Positions 50,029 to 62,915 of a DNA stretch of 64,000 nt are shown here, one piece after another. The notes beneath the pieces are model-generated. The model had not been told where the DNA came from. It saw only the letters and a list, made by a program, of their open reading frames with translations, and did no database searches. This DNA comes from Lingula anatina (taxonomy: Eukaryota; Animalia; Brachiopoda). The DNA lies in assembly GCA_051362555.1 (NCBI GenBank), contig CM120646.1, forward strand, positions 16,554,001 through 16,618,000, given 5' to 3'. Position numbers and translations under genes: made by a program. Positions within the stretch are counted from its first letter, which is position 1; each line of letters opens with the position of its first letter.

Positions 50029-53000
50029 ATGTGGACCCGTTTGGCACTCCTCGCTGCCGTCGTCGTAGTGGCCGTGAATGCCAGTGAGTACATGTTATGT
50101 CGTTGTATTACTTTTGATTGATTTGGGTTACTTAAATGATACAATCAGTGGGCGACAAAATAATACGCACATACTGACAGTGAATTTGCTGGTAGTTAAT
50201 GCGAGTAAAATTGTAATATATGTTAATATATGAGTAAGATAAAATAATAATGCCACATTGCATAATAATAGACCAAATTGCCTATCGTAGCTAGAATGTA
50301 TAGCGTTTTAGTTGTCGCTGCGCTTTATTTTATTTATTTATTTATTTTTTTTTTTTTCATTTCACATTGTCATTCATATATTGTAATTCTTATATCAAAT
50401 GAGCATTGTAACAGGATATGCAGTTTATCTTAAAATATTTTCTTTTTTTTTTCAGCTGCATTCTTTGGCGGTAAGACCACGTGGACATCATATAATAAGA
50501 ATGCGTATCTTACATAGCCTTGGCAACATTTACATAGTGACTTAACACTTTTCGAAATGAATAACCAGTCGTACATTTCGCCTGTCTCTATCCCAAATTA
50601 TGCTTCTCTTCTAAATTTCAATTTTAGGATTTACCTAGAATTTTACATGGAAACTGACCCATGAGTTATTTAATTTGATGTCATATCCATTTCTGACTGC
50701 GTCGAATTCTTAACTGACTGGTCGTTTAAGTTCGATTACGAAAATAGATGAATGTTAGATGGTGTAACCATTTCTAAGCAGATTCAAGAATCGATTCAAA
50801 GAACTTATAAAATTGTCTTAATAGCTAAATATTTAGATTCCAAATTTCTTTATGACAACACACGTACTTTGTTGAACTTTAAATTCATTTATAGATGACA
50901 TTGAACATTAATTATCTTAACGCAAAACCATTGCTGGTCAGTTTCTCAAAGAATCATTCTTTTTGTGCCTGTGTTCCAGACCCATGCACACCAAACCCAT
51001 GTCTGTACGGCGGACGCTGCACTACAACCGGAAGAGACAGCATGTCCTGCGCATGTCGCAGAGGGCTCACTGGAATAATCTGTCACTTGGGTAAGTTAGG
51101 GCGTTGAAATTATGTTCAATAAGTTTCAGAAGATAAGAGAATCTATATCGGTAGCACTACGCTCAGCAACATCGTCGTCGATGTGGTGCCTATCGTTATT
51201 ATTAACTGGGTTGAAATCTTGATCCTTTTCTGAATTAGACTTCTTTTTCAGTGATGTTTTCTTTTTCAAAGAAATACATAAAAGACTTCACAGTTATGAT
51301 ACCAAACAAAAAATATTATTTTAAAAAAGCTTAGGAAAATTTTTTTTAAATCGAAATTGTTAACAATTGTTACGCAGAGTCGATACGTTGAATGAGAGGG
51401 TTTGATAGTACAGACAATACCATTTCTTTTTCAATTCACCAGATGCTGCTACTGGCGCCCCAGCCTTGTTTGACCTTGCTAACGCTGGTCCAGTTGGCCC
51501 AACAGGTGCCACCGGTGCTCAGGGTCCAGCCGGACGTCCAGGTGTTGGTGCTCCAGGTCTCGATGGTGCCCCAGGTGCCGCAGGCGCTCCAGGTAAATTA
51601 CGACCAAAGTTAAATCTTCATGAAATAACGACGGGGAATATGTTCCCATCATGCTACTGTTGATTTCGTACTCATTGAATATTAGCTCAAACAGCATTTA
51701 AGGCCAGAATATTACACCGGAACATTACACGCCAGGGTTCATTACATGCCATGTTTCGGCAGTTTTTGAATGTTTTTTTCAGGCGCTGCTGGTGACGCAG
51801 GTGCTGATGGTGCCCCAGGTGCCGCTGGTGCTGATGGTCTGCCAGGTGCCCCAGGTCTCGATGGTGCTGACGGTAAGTTGGCATATTTTATATTTTTTTG
51901 CTATATTACTGACATATTAAACCGATTTTACGAGTGCATGAGAAATCATGATCGAACAGTGAATTATTTTTCTATTCATTTATTTATAAATATCGGTTTT
52001 AATTTACTAATTTATTTTTATCTTTAATTAAAATCCTTCAAAGTTCAGCTCTTAACCATTATTGTTTTCTTTTGTTCAATCAGGTATCCCAGGATTTGGT
52101 GCCCCAGGCCCTAAGGGTGACCGTGGTTTCACCGGTGCTCCAGGTGCCCCAGGTTTCGATGGTGCCCCAGGTGCTCCAGGTCTTGATGGTGCCCCAGGCC
52201 CACAAGGTCCAGCAGGTGCCAGAGGTGCTAACGGTCGTCCAAGCGGTGTTGATGGCGCTCGCGGTGCCACAGGTGCTCCAGGTCGCGATGGTCTCGATGG
52301 TGCTCCAGGTGCCCCAGGTGCCAAGGGTGACCGTGGATTCCCAGGTGCCACTGGTGCTGCTGGACGTCCAGGAGCCGCTGGTGCTCCAGGACCAGCCGGT
52401 CCAGCTGGTGCTCCAGGCAAGGATGGTCTCAACGGTGCCCCAGGTCGCGATGGCCTTTCTTTCGGTGCTGGACCAAAGGGTGACCGTGGTTTCACTGGCG
52501 CCACTGGTGCTGCTGGTGCCCCAGGCAAAGATGGCTTCCCAGGACGTCCAGGCGCTGATGGTCTGCCAGGTGGCCCAGGCAAGGATGGTCTTAACGGTGC
52601 TCCAGGCCGCAACGGTCTCGATGGCCTTAATGGTGCCCCAGGCGCTAAGGGTGATCGTGGTTTCACCGGTGCCACTGGTTTCACTGGTGCCCCAGGTGCC
52701 AAGGGTAAGGATGGTCTCAACGGTGCCCCAGGTTTCGATGGTGTCCCAGGTGCTGCAGGTCGCCCAGGTCTTGGTGGTCCAGTCGGCGCTCCTGGCCGTG
52801 ATGGCAAGAACGGCGCTAATGGTGCTAGAGGTCTTGATGGCGCTAACGGTGCTAGAGGTGCTCGTGGTCCAGCTGGTCCAGTTGGCCCAGTCGGTGCCCC
52901 AGGACGCAACGGTGCTCCAGGCAAGGACGGATTCAACGGCGCTAACGGTGCCGTTGGTGCTGTAGGCCCACAAGGCGCAACTGGTGCCAGAGGCGCAACT

Positions 53001-54510
53001 GGTGCCCCAGGTAAAGCCGGCAAGGATGGTCTCAACGGCGGTCCAGGTGCCCCAGGCGCCAATGGTAGAGACGGATTCAACGGTGCTCCAGGTAAAGATG
53101 GCGCTAATGGTCTGAATGGTGCCCCAGGTGCTCGTGGTGCAGCTGGTCCACGTGGCGCAACAGGTGCAAAGGGAGCTACTGGTGCTCCAGGTTTTGATGG
53201 TATCCCAGGCGGCCCAGGCAAGAATGGTCTTGATGGCGCTCCAGGCAGGTTCGGTGCCCCAGGCAGAAACGGTGCTCGTGGTCCAGCTGGTCCAGCTGGC
53301 CCAAGAGGTCTTTCTGGTCTCGCTGGCGCCGATGGTGCTCCAGGTAAGGCTGGTGCTGATGGTGCCCCAGGTTTGGCTGGTGCCCCAGGTGCTACTGGCG
53401 CCACTGGTGCCGCAGGCCTCAATGGTGCTCCAGGTGCTAAGGGTGATCGTGGATTTACTGGTGCCCCAGGCAGAAACAGCTTCGTCCAAGGTGCTACAGG
53501 TGCCCCAGGCCCAGCTGGTCCACAGGGTGCAACAGGCTTGACAGGTGCTACAGGCTTCACTGGTGCCCCAGGAGCAACTGGTGCCCGTGGTCCAACTGGT
53601 CCAACTGGCGCCACAGGTGCCCCAGGCAAGGCTGGCGCTCCAGGCCGTGATGGTGCCCCAGGTGCCCCAGGTGCTGCAGGCGTCAAGGGTGATCGTGGAT
53701 TCCCAGGATTCCCAGGCAAGGACGGTCTCAATGGTGCCCCAGGTGCCACTGGAAGAGCTGGCGCAAGAGGACCAAGAGGTCCAGCAGGTGCTCCAGGTGC
53801 CCCAGGACGTGATGGTGCCACAGGCGCTGCCGGTAAGCAACCATATTATGACAGTGTAATTTTGAATGTACACCTTGTAGTCTTTAAACTAATTTCACCC
53901 CTAGTAAATCTTCTGAACCTTCCCCCAGTGGATCATGCTGAGGCATTAGGCTTCGGAAACTTGTTCTAAATGAATACGGGTATTTCGATTTAAGTATATC
54001 AGCGACACCCTGTTATTCTTACATTGTGCTGATTATATTCCCTCTGTCTCTATTAATAGTTGCTTTTGTACCTTCCATGTAGGTGCTAGAGGCGCCACTG
54101 GTGCCACTGGTGCCGCAGGCCTTGATGGTGCAGCAGGTGCTGCCGGTGCCCCAGGTAAATATCCAGCCAATCAAATTAAAGTCCGTCTATGAATGATTAT
54201 TGAAATATGGTGTGAAGTAAAAAGCAAAAAAAATGCTTTTCTATCAGTTTCAGCATTTACTGAGCGAGTGGAAATATTTAATATAAAGTTATTTTGTACG
54301 GGTCTGAAAATGGTCATCAATGGGAACATAGCAAAAAATCATTCTCCTACATATATTATGCAGTGTTTTATTAAATGCACCGCCATTTCATATGCGTGCT
54401 GTATTTCTGCAGGTGCCATGGGAACCATGGGCGCTATGGGTTCCAGAGGATCCCAGGGAAGACCACACATCTTCCACGCTTTCGGCTCTAAGAAAGGAGG
54501 ATTTTTATAA
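50029..54510 (+). CDS. Secreted EGF-domain collagen 2, paralog of collagen 1, 779 aa
   Basis: Coding exons 50029-50083 (MWTRLALLAAVVVVAVNA), 50456-50470 (15-nt microexon), 50980-51090 (EGF: CTPNPCLYGGRCTTTGRDSMSCACRRGLTGIIC), 51443-51592, 51783-51872, 52084-53832, 54083-54154, 54413-54510 (ends HIFHAFGSKKGGFL*). All introns are GT-AG and phase 1; total 2340 nt. Confidence 0.92.
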
Positions 54511-57500
54511 GCGCAACAAGACGGCGACTCTGAAACATCCCGAAGAGAAGCTGTGAAGAACTTATAAATTATCAGTTATGTAAACGGAATGGTTTATATA
54601 TTTTTTCTTATTAAAGAGAATAATACAGTATATAATTTGAAACAGTACAAACCGTGTTGTTCGTTTTCTTTTATCCCCACCGCCGAGGAGGGACTTGGAG
54701 TTTGTAAAATGAAAGCACGTGTTTATTACCTACCTTTTCTTCTGTACTGTTATTCATAAAAGTCGAGTCTAAATCAATTTTTGTTTAATAAATTGAATAA
54801 TTAATTCTACCATGCCAAATAATGCTTTGGTATTTTTAAATTAGACATCACAACCATATTAATATAAATTAATAAAATATAATATTCAATAATCAAATTC
54901 TATTGAATGTTTTTGAAACCTTAACTTACCTTATCAGAAATGCTTCTGTATAAAAAGATTCAGAATACATTCAAATAATGATTGATCCCATGCAAATATG
55001 CAACTTTATTGTTTCAAGCAAGCCAGAAGGATGGTAACTAAAAGTTTATATATTTTTAAGCTCCATCTTATACCATTTGAATTACCACTTGTCGACCTGT
55101 GTTTGAAACTTTCCCAAATAGTCAAATCCCGCTATGTCTACTTATCTACATGCAATACATATAGCCATGATCATTAATCATTGATCAGAATTCTGCAAAG
55201 CCACTTATCTTTCCCAAGTCAGACCTTCAGACGATAAATGTACTGATTACATAGTATCTGATGTCAAAACGTATTTCTGAAATGTACAGAAAGGCAAGGC
55301 ATAGAAATTGTTACGGGGAACATTTAGAACTAAGTTGCATAAGTAATTTGGTGAAAAACATCGAATCTAAGAGCTGTGACGGTCGAGCAAAAAATTTGAT
55401 TACTCTTTTTTAGGCAATTTCGATTTGGCGAGAAATGCGGGAACGGATTCGTATAATTCGTAAGGCATTGATAAATAACTCGTAATCAAATGTTGATATG
55501 CTAAGTATCTAATACAAAAATCCATTCTCGTTCGGTATGGTTTAATTATGCACCACCTGCTTCTTTTGGTGATACAAAGTGTTCACTTACTTCTCATGTC
55601 CAGAAAATAATCCAAAGTTATGTAACTCGAAATTAAACATATAATCCTTATCTGTGGACTCAGAAATCTAAATTCGAAAAAAAAAAGAAAACGAATGTTT
55701 TTGCCAATTTTATTTCCAAAAATATAAAGAGCAAATTCCTGTAAAATGCACTTTCTCTTATGTCGTTAGACTGAGTAAAGATTGTGAAATCTTTGTTTCT
55801 TACACAAATTAATCTCCAATTCCAAAATCTACAAGATTTAACAAGAAACCAATACATTTGAACGATGTCAATGCTATAAAGTTCACTGGGCGATAGACGG
55901 CGCAGCTGTCGTTAGGGTCAAAGGTCTTACTATAACCCCCTTGGGTTCTCGATAACCTGTAACACAAAAAATACCATTATTAATGATCATCGTTTTACGT
56001 CCATTGAAATTATTGATAATCGGTAAAGGGTTCGTTATCCCTAAAACAAGTTTAGAAACCAAATGTATCAATTCTTTTGTAAATAATTTTACTGCTGTAG
56101 CGCTTTTACGATAATAAAAAAGAGAGCTTTAGCCTACATTTGCATAACCAAAAACTGCCAATATATTAATTCGTTAAAGTCGGTAGTGACAATAGGAAAC
56201 TAAAAAATGGTATTTAAAAATGGTCACAAAGTAACAGTTTGAGCAGTCCTATATTTTTGTGATGGGACTTGGAAAAGTTGATACTGCATTGACAAGTTTC
56301 AAATCTCGTAGTGTTTTGAAAATAAGATATGATAATTCGTAGGAGACTGCTTGGCTGCGCTTTTACACCTAGTGGGAGACAGTGAAAGCTCCATCATAAG
56401 CGCAGCACATTTCAAAATCTATTTTTGATCGCTGATATGTTACATGACCATGGGCACTGCAGTGATATTCTTGGTGGAGTTGAAATTTCCATATCAATTT
56501 TTAAAAATAATCGTTTTGCAAAACAACCACTAGTGAAAACATGAAATATTTATCATTTTAATATTTAAATTTATTGCCCGGTCGTTCACAAAGCGCATAA
56601 TTGTTACGCAATTAACAACAATTTGAAGGCATCTCTACACATACCGGGGTAAATCATAAACATATAGTATTTCTCTAAGAGAGTAGAATCATAAAAGTGT
56701 AATAAATGTGAGTACAGGTCAACCTCAAGTTAGATGTTTTATGGGTGTACAACAACGAAGATTCTAATCGCGGTAGTTTATCAGCATTTTGCCATCGCGT
56801 CTCGGGGCATTAAGAGTTCCATCTACATCAGGACCGCCCATTAACCCTATCACGTGTACATACGCTCCTTTAACTTGACTTTTGATCTACGATATCACTA
56901 AGCCGTCTTGAAATACTGGTTATTATATAGTGGAGCATTTCCGTTTGAGGTCAATCTTTTGGGAAAACTATTTTCATACACAAGAAAGTCTTGTTTGTGT
57001 TCCTCGGAATTCTTTGTTGTCCAACAGAGCGGATACTGGTCCATGTACCGACAACGATTTACAGACGTTCGCCTGCCAAAAGGACTGCTTCGTTGTACAT
57101 GAGTGATCAGCACCTCGTTCTATCTCAACTTTCCCACTCAGTGCTCCTTTCAGTGCCTCTTTACCGGATTTTTTTTTTGGTAATAAGATGTATTAGATGT
57201 TGAGAAGTTAAAAAAATAGTTTAGAAATGTGATCAAATTATTACAAGCTTCCTTTGCCAATACGCGCTGTAATGGATTCATTTTTTACTCTATAAAAAAC
57301 TGATATCTGATATTGGAATCGTGCAACAGTGCATTTGGCATTATTTCCTCGACCTCCATACTATCCTCAATCTTTCAGACAAGTAATTCATCTTTAAAAA
57401 AGCTATTAATTTCCCATTTTAACAATAAAATAGTCAACATACAATGACAGTGCTAAATCTGTTGACGGAGATATTGCAGGCTATTGATTCTTGGCACGCC

Positions 57501-60500
57501 ACCTGCGCTCTTTACAGTTTTCTAATTTGACTTTCTGACAGCTTTTAAACTCTTTAAAAGAGAAAGGTGCTTTGTATGTAATACCATGGGCGGCACGCGA
57601 GTAAATGTGACTGGCTAAGCACCTGAAGCTCATCATGTAACTTCTGCCACAAAGGTCGATCTGCACTTTGGAAGGTCGTCGCACACGGGGAATACTTGTA
57701 CACTGCATGCTCGTGTTGGATCAGGCCATTTGTTCGGATTTGTTCCTGGTTTCACGCTTCAACTCAAATGAAATCTTCCTACAATGCGTCCCATATAAAA
57801 AAAACATATCATTCTTGTGCTTTTAAATGAAAACTTTTGAATATGTTCCGTTTTAAATGAACTGCTATTATAAGGTAGCAACAGATGGCGCAGCTGTGAC
57901 GTACGTTAGACGTTATTTGTAACGGGGTGCATTCATTTTCGCGACATGCTACAAGGGAGGTTGTGGCCCGCCTCTGAATTTTTATAGACCTTTGACATGT
58001 ATTGTTTTGCCAACATTTCACTTTGTTAAACCCACTTGTTGCAGACTTTTTCATATATTTATTCATTTTGATATATGTAAGAATACGAAGATGGAATAAT
58101 CCAGTTTAGTTTCCATTTCAACCAAATGCCCTTATAGAGCTTATAATTTTTATGATAGTCTTAAGTATTTTTCCGATACTTTTAATATTCTGCAGGTAGC
58201 AGAAGGTGATATGAGAGGGACCAAGACACCTTTAAGTGTCTTCAATAGTCTAAAGGCGATTTTAATCTATTTTATCATTTTCATACGAACTTGATGATTT
58301 GTGTGTATAAAATTGTACTATTAACCAATGAATTTTAAACATTGTTAACATTTTTTATGATGTAAAAGGTAAAAGTTCACTCCACAAGGAGACGTGCATG
58401 CTGTCCTTGTTGTCCTGAATAGCAATGGCTTTCTATAACGTGTCGCACAAGATTTACCAAATTTATTACATGCACCTTTATGACCTACTGTTAGAAATGG
58501 CAAGTAGCAAAATATAGTAAGTACGGAAGAAAATTTAATGAACAGCTTTGATGAGAGATAGGGGGTTCGATGTGGGAAGACAGAGAGGCGGTGGGGTGAG
58601 ACACTTTGACTGAGCAAGGTACCGGTACATGTAACGGCCGATTGAAAATGTCCTAGTTCCCACTGTACCTTTTCATTAAAAGTACCGAGTATTTGAATCT
58701 GAACTTCGAGCAAGTCGTAGAAATATACATCTCCGTTTCAAAGGTTTATGGGACTTTCTACTTTTGTTTCAAGTCGCACAATTTTCCTTCCTAAGGACAG
58801 GTACCAATGTTTAAAATGCACGTGGTATCCCTTTTAAATAATAAATTACCAAACTTGGCCACGAATTGAATTTTTGTAGAAAATCGTATTCAGATAACTC
58901 AGGTAAACATCATATTTGTTGGCGTGAATTTTTCAAATAGATTTTAAACTTCATTTCTGTGGTTTCTGGCCAATATAACGGAGGTTGGTACGTACCAAAA
59001 AGTGTCCAAACATTCAAAGGAGAGAACTTAATTTTAAAGTACATTTCCCTTCTTTCAGCCTACGTGCCGTCTCAACATCCAGTCAGCGGGGGCGATCGCA
59101 CTGAAAATTTTACTTTGTACTGCGACTGGTTTTTGTATCATATTAATGAAGTAGACAGATTCCAAAACATTGATAATAGCTAGTATTTATTCACTGTAAC
59201 ATCTTGTCCCCGCCCCAGCGAGTTAGGGGGTGCCCGTTTGACATCGTATAATCACTTCATCACTTCATTATTATGATCTCCAGAACATCCTCGACATCTG
59301 ATATGTTTAGAAAGTTTATGGTTGTGACATTTACGGTTGGTTATCGAGGCAAGTTCAGACGGGGTCGAGATTGCGTGTAATCCATGTTCAGGAACAAGGC
59401 AAACGTTGGAGAGGTGTCGCCATCAGATCTGGACGAAGATGCCACGCTCTGGTTCTACGGGAATTTTCACTATAAAAAAGCGTCGTCTGTTTTTCTCACA
59501 TGAACTTGCATAAGAGTAAACCCTCTCTTATTATTCAATCTACTCAGCGGCCTGTATGTTGTCATGAGATGACGAGATCGGTCAGTCTAGGGTTTTGGAC
59601 AGAGTTTCTCTGTTGTCTGATTGTCGGTAGACACGAGCTGGTCCGCAGCATGAGTGAAAGCGCACTATTTATGACGGTTTTCAAACTTCATCTATCTTGT
59701 TTTGAAACAATGTTACAATTTATATAGGGTGCTAATGTCGTGCATAAAAAAATTGTGATTGATGCTCTTTGTATGGCTTACGTGCACCGATGCCATGTTT
59801 GAAACAGTTTAACTTCAGTAGTAAAAAAAAGACATCAAAACGCGAGATCTCGCGGTGACTTATGATAAAGAGATACGGTCTCAAACTAATGCAAAGACAA
59901 GGGAAAGGGATTTAAAAAGGGTTCTATCTTAAAAACGCGTTTGGGTGCACTATTTTATGCATGCTTAAATGATATGATTCAATGAAAAGGGTGAATGAAA
60001 TTTTGGCAACTCTGGCTTTTTGAAAAAAAAAAGAAACAAAACCGCAATCAAAATAAGTTTCATGTAGTAATTATATCCAATAACCGACGCCTGTCTTAAA
60101 TTTGGAATAAATTTTCAAAATGTATTCAAAACCATCTGGGCTTTATGGCTAAGACTGATTAACTGAAAAGTGATCAGGGGCATCAACCATGTTGATTACA
60201 TCTTTCCATGGGGGTAAGAAACTAAACTACCCTAAGGGCAGTTTGACCGGCAATTAGGCGAAATGACAAGTATAGTACAAGTATGGAACAAGTATAGTTT
60301 CAACTTTGTCTCACTCCTTTAATAGTTAACTTCTGGCATACATTTTTCTACAAATGAGCAACTGGTGCTTAAATCCTATCATTTACCCATGAAATATAAA
60401 TATGGGTGCCACAACAGGAATACTGATTTAAAAGCTATTGAGTTATTGTAATTATAGTTGGCACTTCCCTATAAAAAAAACTAAATTTCACCTTTTTTCT

Positions 60501-62194
60501 TTGTTACTGTAAGCTATGCTGATCAATATTGCAGTCAACGCACTACACACATTTTCAATGACAAATTATTTCCTCGGGTAGTGGATTACATACATGCGTT
60601 CGGGGATCTTTATGGAACTTGCTCACGCATATGATACATGTGCACAAGTGTAACTGCGGTTTTTTAGTTAATAAGTGTGCGCAAAGCACGATTTCATTAC
60701 CCCGAACGTTCTTGAATTAAGAGTTCCGCTTTTGAAAGCACGCGCGCGCACGCACGCGCACACACACACAACTGCATAAAAGTCCATGCCCTTAAAGAAG
60801 ACAAAAGAAGCTGAAGTCGAAACTTGATCTTTCCAATCACAGAAGAAATTATCTTTAGCTCAATGTCTTTTAAAAAGGTATATTTGGCGCAGGTTTAGAG
60901 GAATGATTTCAGTGACCTCCTCCTTAAATATATGTTTGTTCATGAGTTACAGAATGTGCAGTTCATAGGGAGAAAATCGGTTCTACACCTGTAGTTTTAG
61001 ATCCGTTACTATGCACCTCGTCCTAAATTCTATATTTCTGTAAAAGTTCACTTTTATCTTTTTCTTTTTTAATGTTGTAATTAAAAGACCCCATTATATT
61101 ATTAGACTTCATCATTTTAATTAACAATTTTCAGATCGATTCCTGTTTTTTTTTTTTCGAACAAAACCTGAGCTTTTGTTAGCTTTCTAGCATTTGGTCA
61201 CATTAACGATACGTTTAAGTGCAGATTTGAAGGATATGGCGGAACGTTAGTAATTTTCCTTTCCGCTTAGATGATGCGGAAAAACACATTGTCATGTTAT
61301 GATATAACATTGTTGCCCCAAATTCATAGCGGGGTGAATTCGCTAGCTCGAGCTGATGACGCAATAGCTGCGTTTTTGAGATAAAAACTGTAATATCGAT
61401 TTTAACCAGGCCCCCCTCACCTAAACAGCGCCTGACACCATTTTAACGCCTATTTAATGTCAACAATAAGTGCTACATGTACAATCTGGTGCCAGGATAT
61501 TTTCTTGGTGTTTTCCTTCTGATTTTATCAGTAAACAGGCTAAATAATGCCTGCCTTTGTTTATTGGAACATCGTAATTAGGGGCTGATATATCCTACAC
61601 AAAACAATCTAAAATCACTCGTTGGCACCAGATTTTGGTTAATATGGCAGGCTTCAGCCTATTTCAAAAATGATTTATTGTCATGGCTTTTGTATAAATG
61701 TCACCCACGCGACACAATGTGGCCCAGGAGGAGCGATGCAAATTGCAACATTTTTTATGCTAACTTGTGATACAGCTGAAAATTCGCAGTGTATCATGAG
61801 ATACATGCACGGGTTGAGGTAGACCAAACACTAGTCTCCTCATTATCGAATTTCTACAGATTAAAATCTTTATTTATTTATTTATTTGTTTATTTATTTA
61901 TTTATTTATTTATTAAAAAAATAATACCGAAAAAGTATATTTCCGTAGCTTACTGATACTGCGTTCGAAATCCCCAGTTTAACTGCAGCGATTCCCTCAG
62001 CAAAGGCTGGTTTGTCGTTTCTCATCTCTGGGTACAGTTTAATAAACATCTGTATTGCAGTTGAAATGTGATTTCAGCTCATCCAGATAGTCACTGTAAA
62101 ATTGTGCGACCTAATGAACAATACTATGTATTTCTTTTGCACTTTTAGGGCACTATAATGAACCTTCCCTACCAAACATAGATGTCCGTTATTT

Positions 62195-62403
62195 ATCACC
62201 CTGAGTTTGAGTAGGAGGATGCCGACAGAGACTCCTACCTACCTAGCATGCCCCCCTCATCACCCTGAGTTTCAGGTTGCCGACAGAGACTCCTATCTAC
62301 CCGGCATGTTCCCTTCATCACCCTGAGTTTCAGGTTGCCGACAACGACTCCCATGTACCCAGTATGCACCCCTCATCACCCCCAGTTTTGGGATGCCGAC
62401 AGT
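62195..62403 (+). repeat. Minisatellite, 58-bp unit, about 3.5 copies
   Basis: atcaccc(t/c)...gccgaca units start at 62195, 62259, 62317 and 62375. Confidence 0.85.
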
Positions 62404-62689
62404 GAATGTTAGACCGATAAGAAGCTGCTGACAGTCGAGGATTCCAGTAGGCACAGGGTGGGAATTCCTCTAGGCCTCAATCAAGTTTGCCACAGAATAC
62501 AACATTTCACGACAGTGGAACAAGAGCTGTAACCGAGGATTCAGCGTAGAGTTTTTTTATAATTTTTTCATAATATAAAACTGATTGACACAGAAACTTT
62601 TAAGATTAACTATAATTGGTATCAAGCGCTTTATACAGTTTATCAATTATAATTGATCTTTACAGAAGCGTCTTCAATCTATGACTGGG

Positions 62690-62915
62690 TTCCCATACTT
62701 AGATCGATCCATGTGGATCGACCTAACTCCCTGGGGGTTCACGCTAGCAGCTCAAGAGGCTTAAATGTCTGTCGCGCCTACCGAATTAGCTAGGGGTAAA
62801 GATAATTACCCCCTAACCGTTTTACAAGGCGTGACAGACGTTTAAGCCGGTTAGTTTGATAGCAATTTAGTGAGACTCCCCACGGAGAAAGATCGATCCA
62901 ACTATCTGTGGGAAT
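62690..62915. mobile_element. Palindromic (fold-back) MITE-like element
   Basis: Nested inverted arms: taggggtaa/ttaccccc-ta at the centre, ggcttaaatgtctgtcgcgcct/aggcgtgacagacgtttaagcc, ggatcgacc/gatcgatcc, ttccca/tgggaa. Confidence 0.6.

Noticed and set aside
52072-53873. Long antisense and alternate-frame ORFs over collagen 2 (581, 597, 297 aa)
   Set aside because: Same codon-bias artefact; no independent gene signals.
54490-54510. KKGGFL resembling Leu-enkephalin (YGGFL)
   Set aside because: Lacks the essential Tyr and is a single copy at a collagen tail; likely coincidence.
56354-56407. Hairpin gctgcgctt...aagcgcagc with internal GAAA as a ribozyme or tRNA
   Set aside because: No CUGANGA core and no cloverleaf or A/B boxes; a 9-bp stem alone is not enough.
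61353-61372. CTGATGA followed by a small stem as a hammerhead
   Set aside because: The stem is not followed by the required GAAA.
62195-62403. Regularly spaced repeats as a CRISPR array
   Set aside because: Whole units are similar with no unique spacers, the context is eukaryotic, and there are no cas genes.
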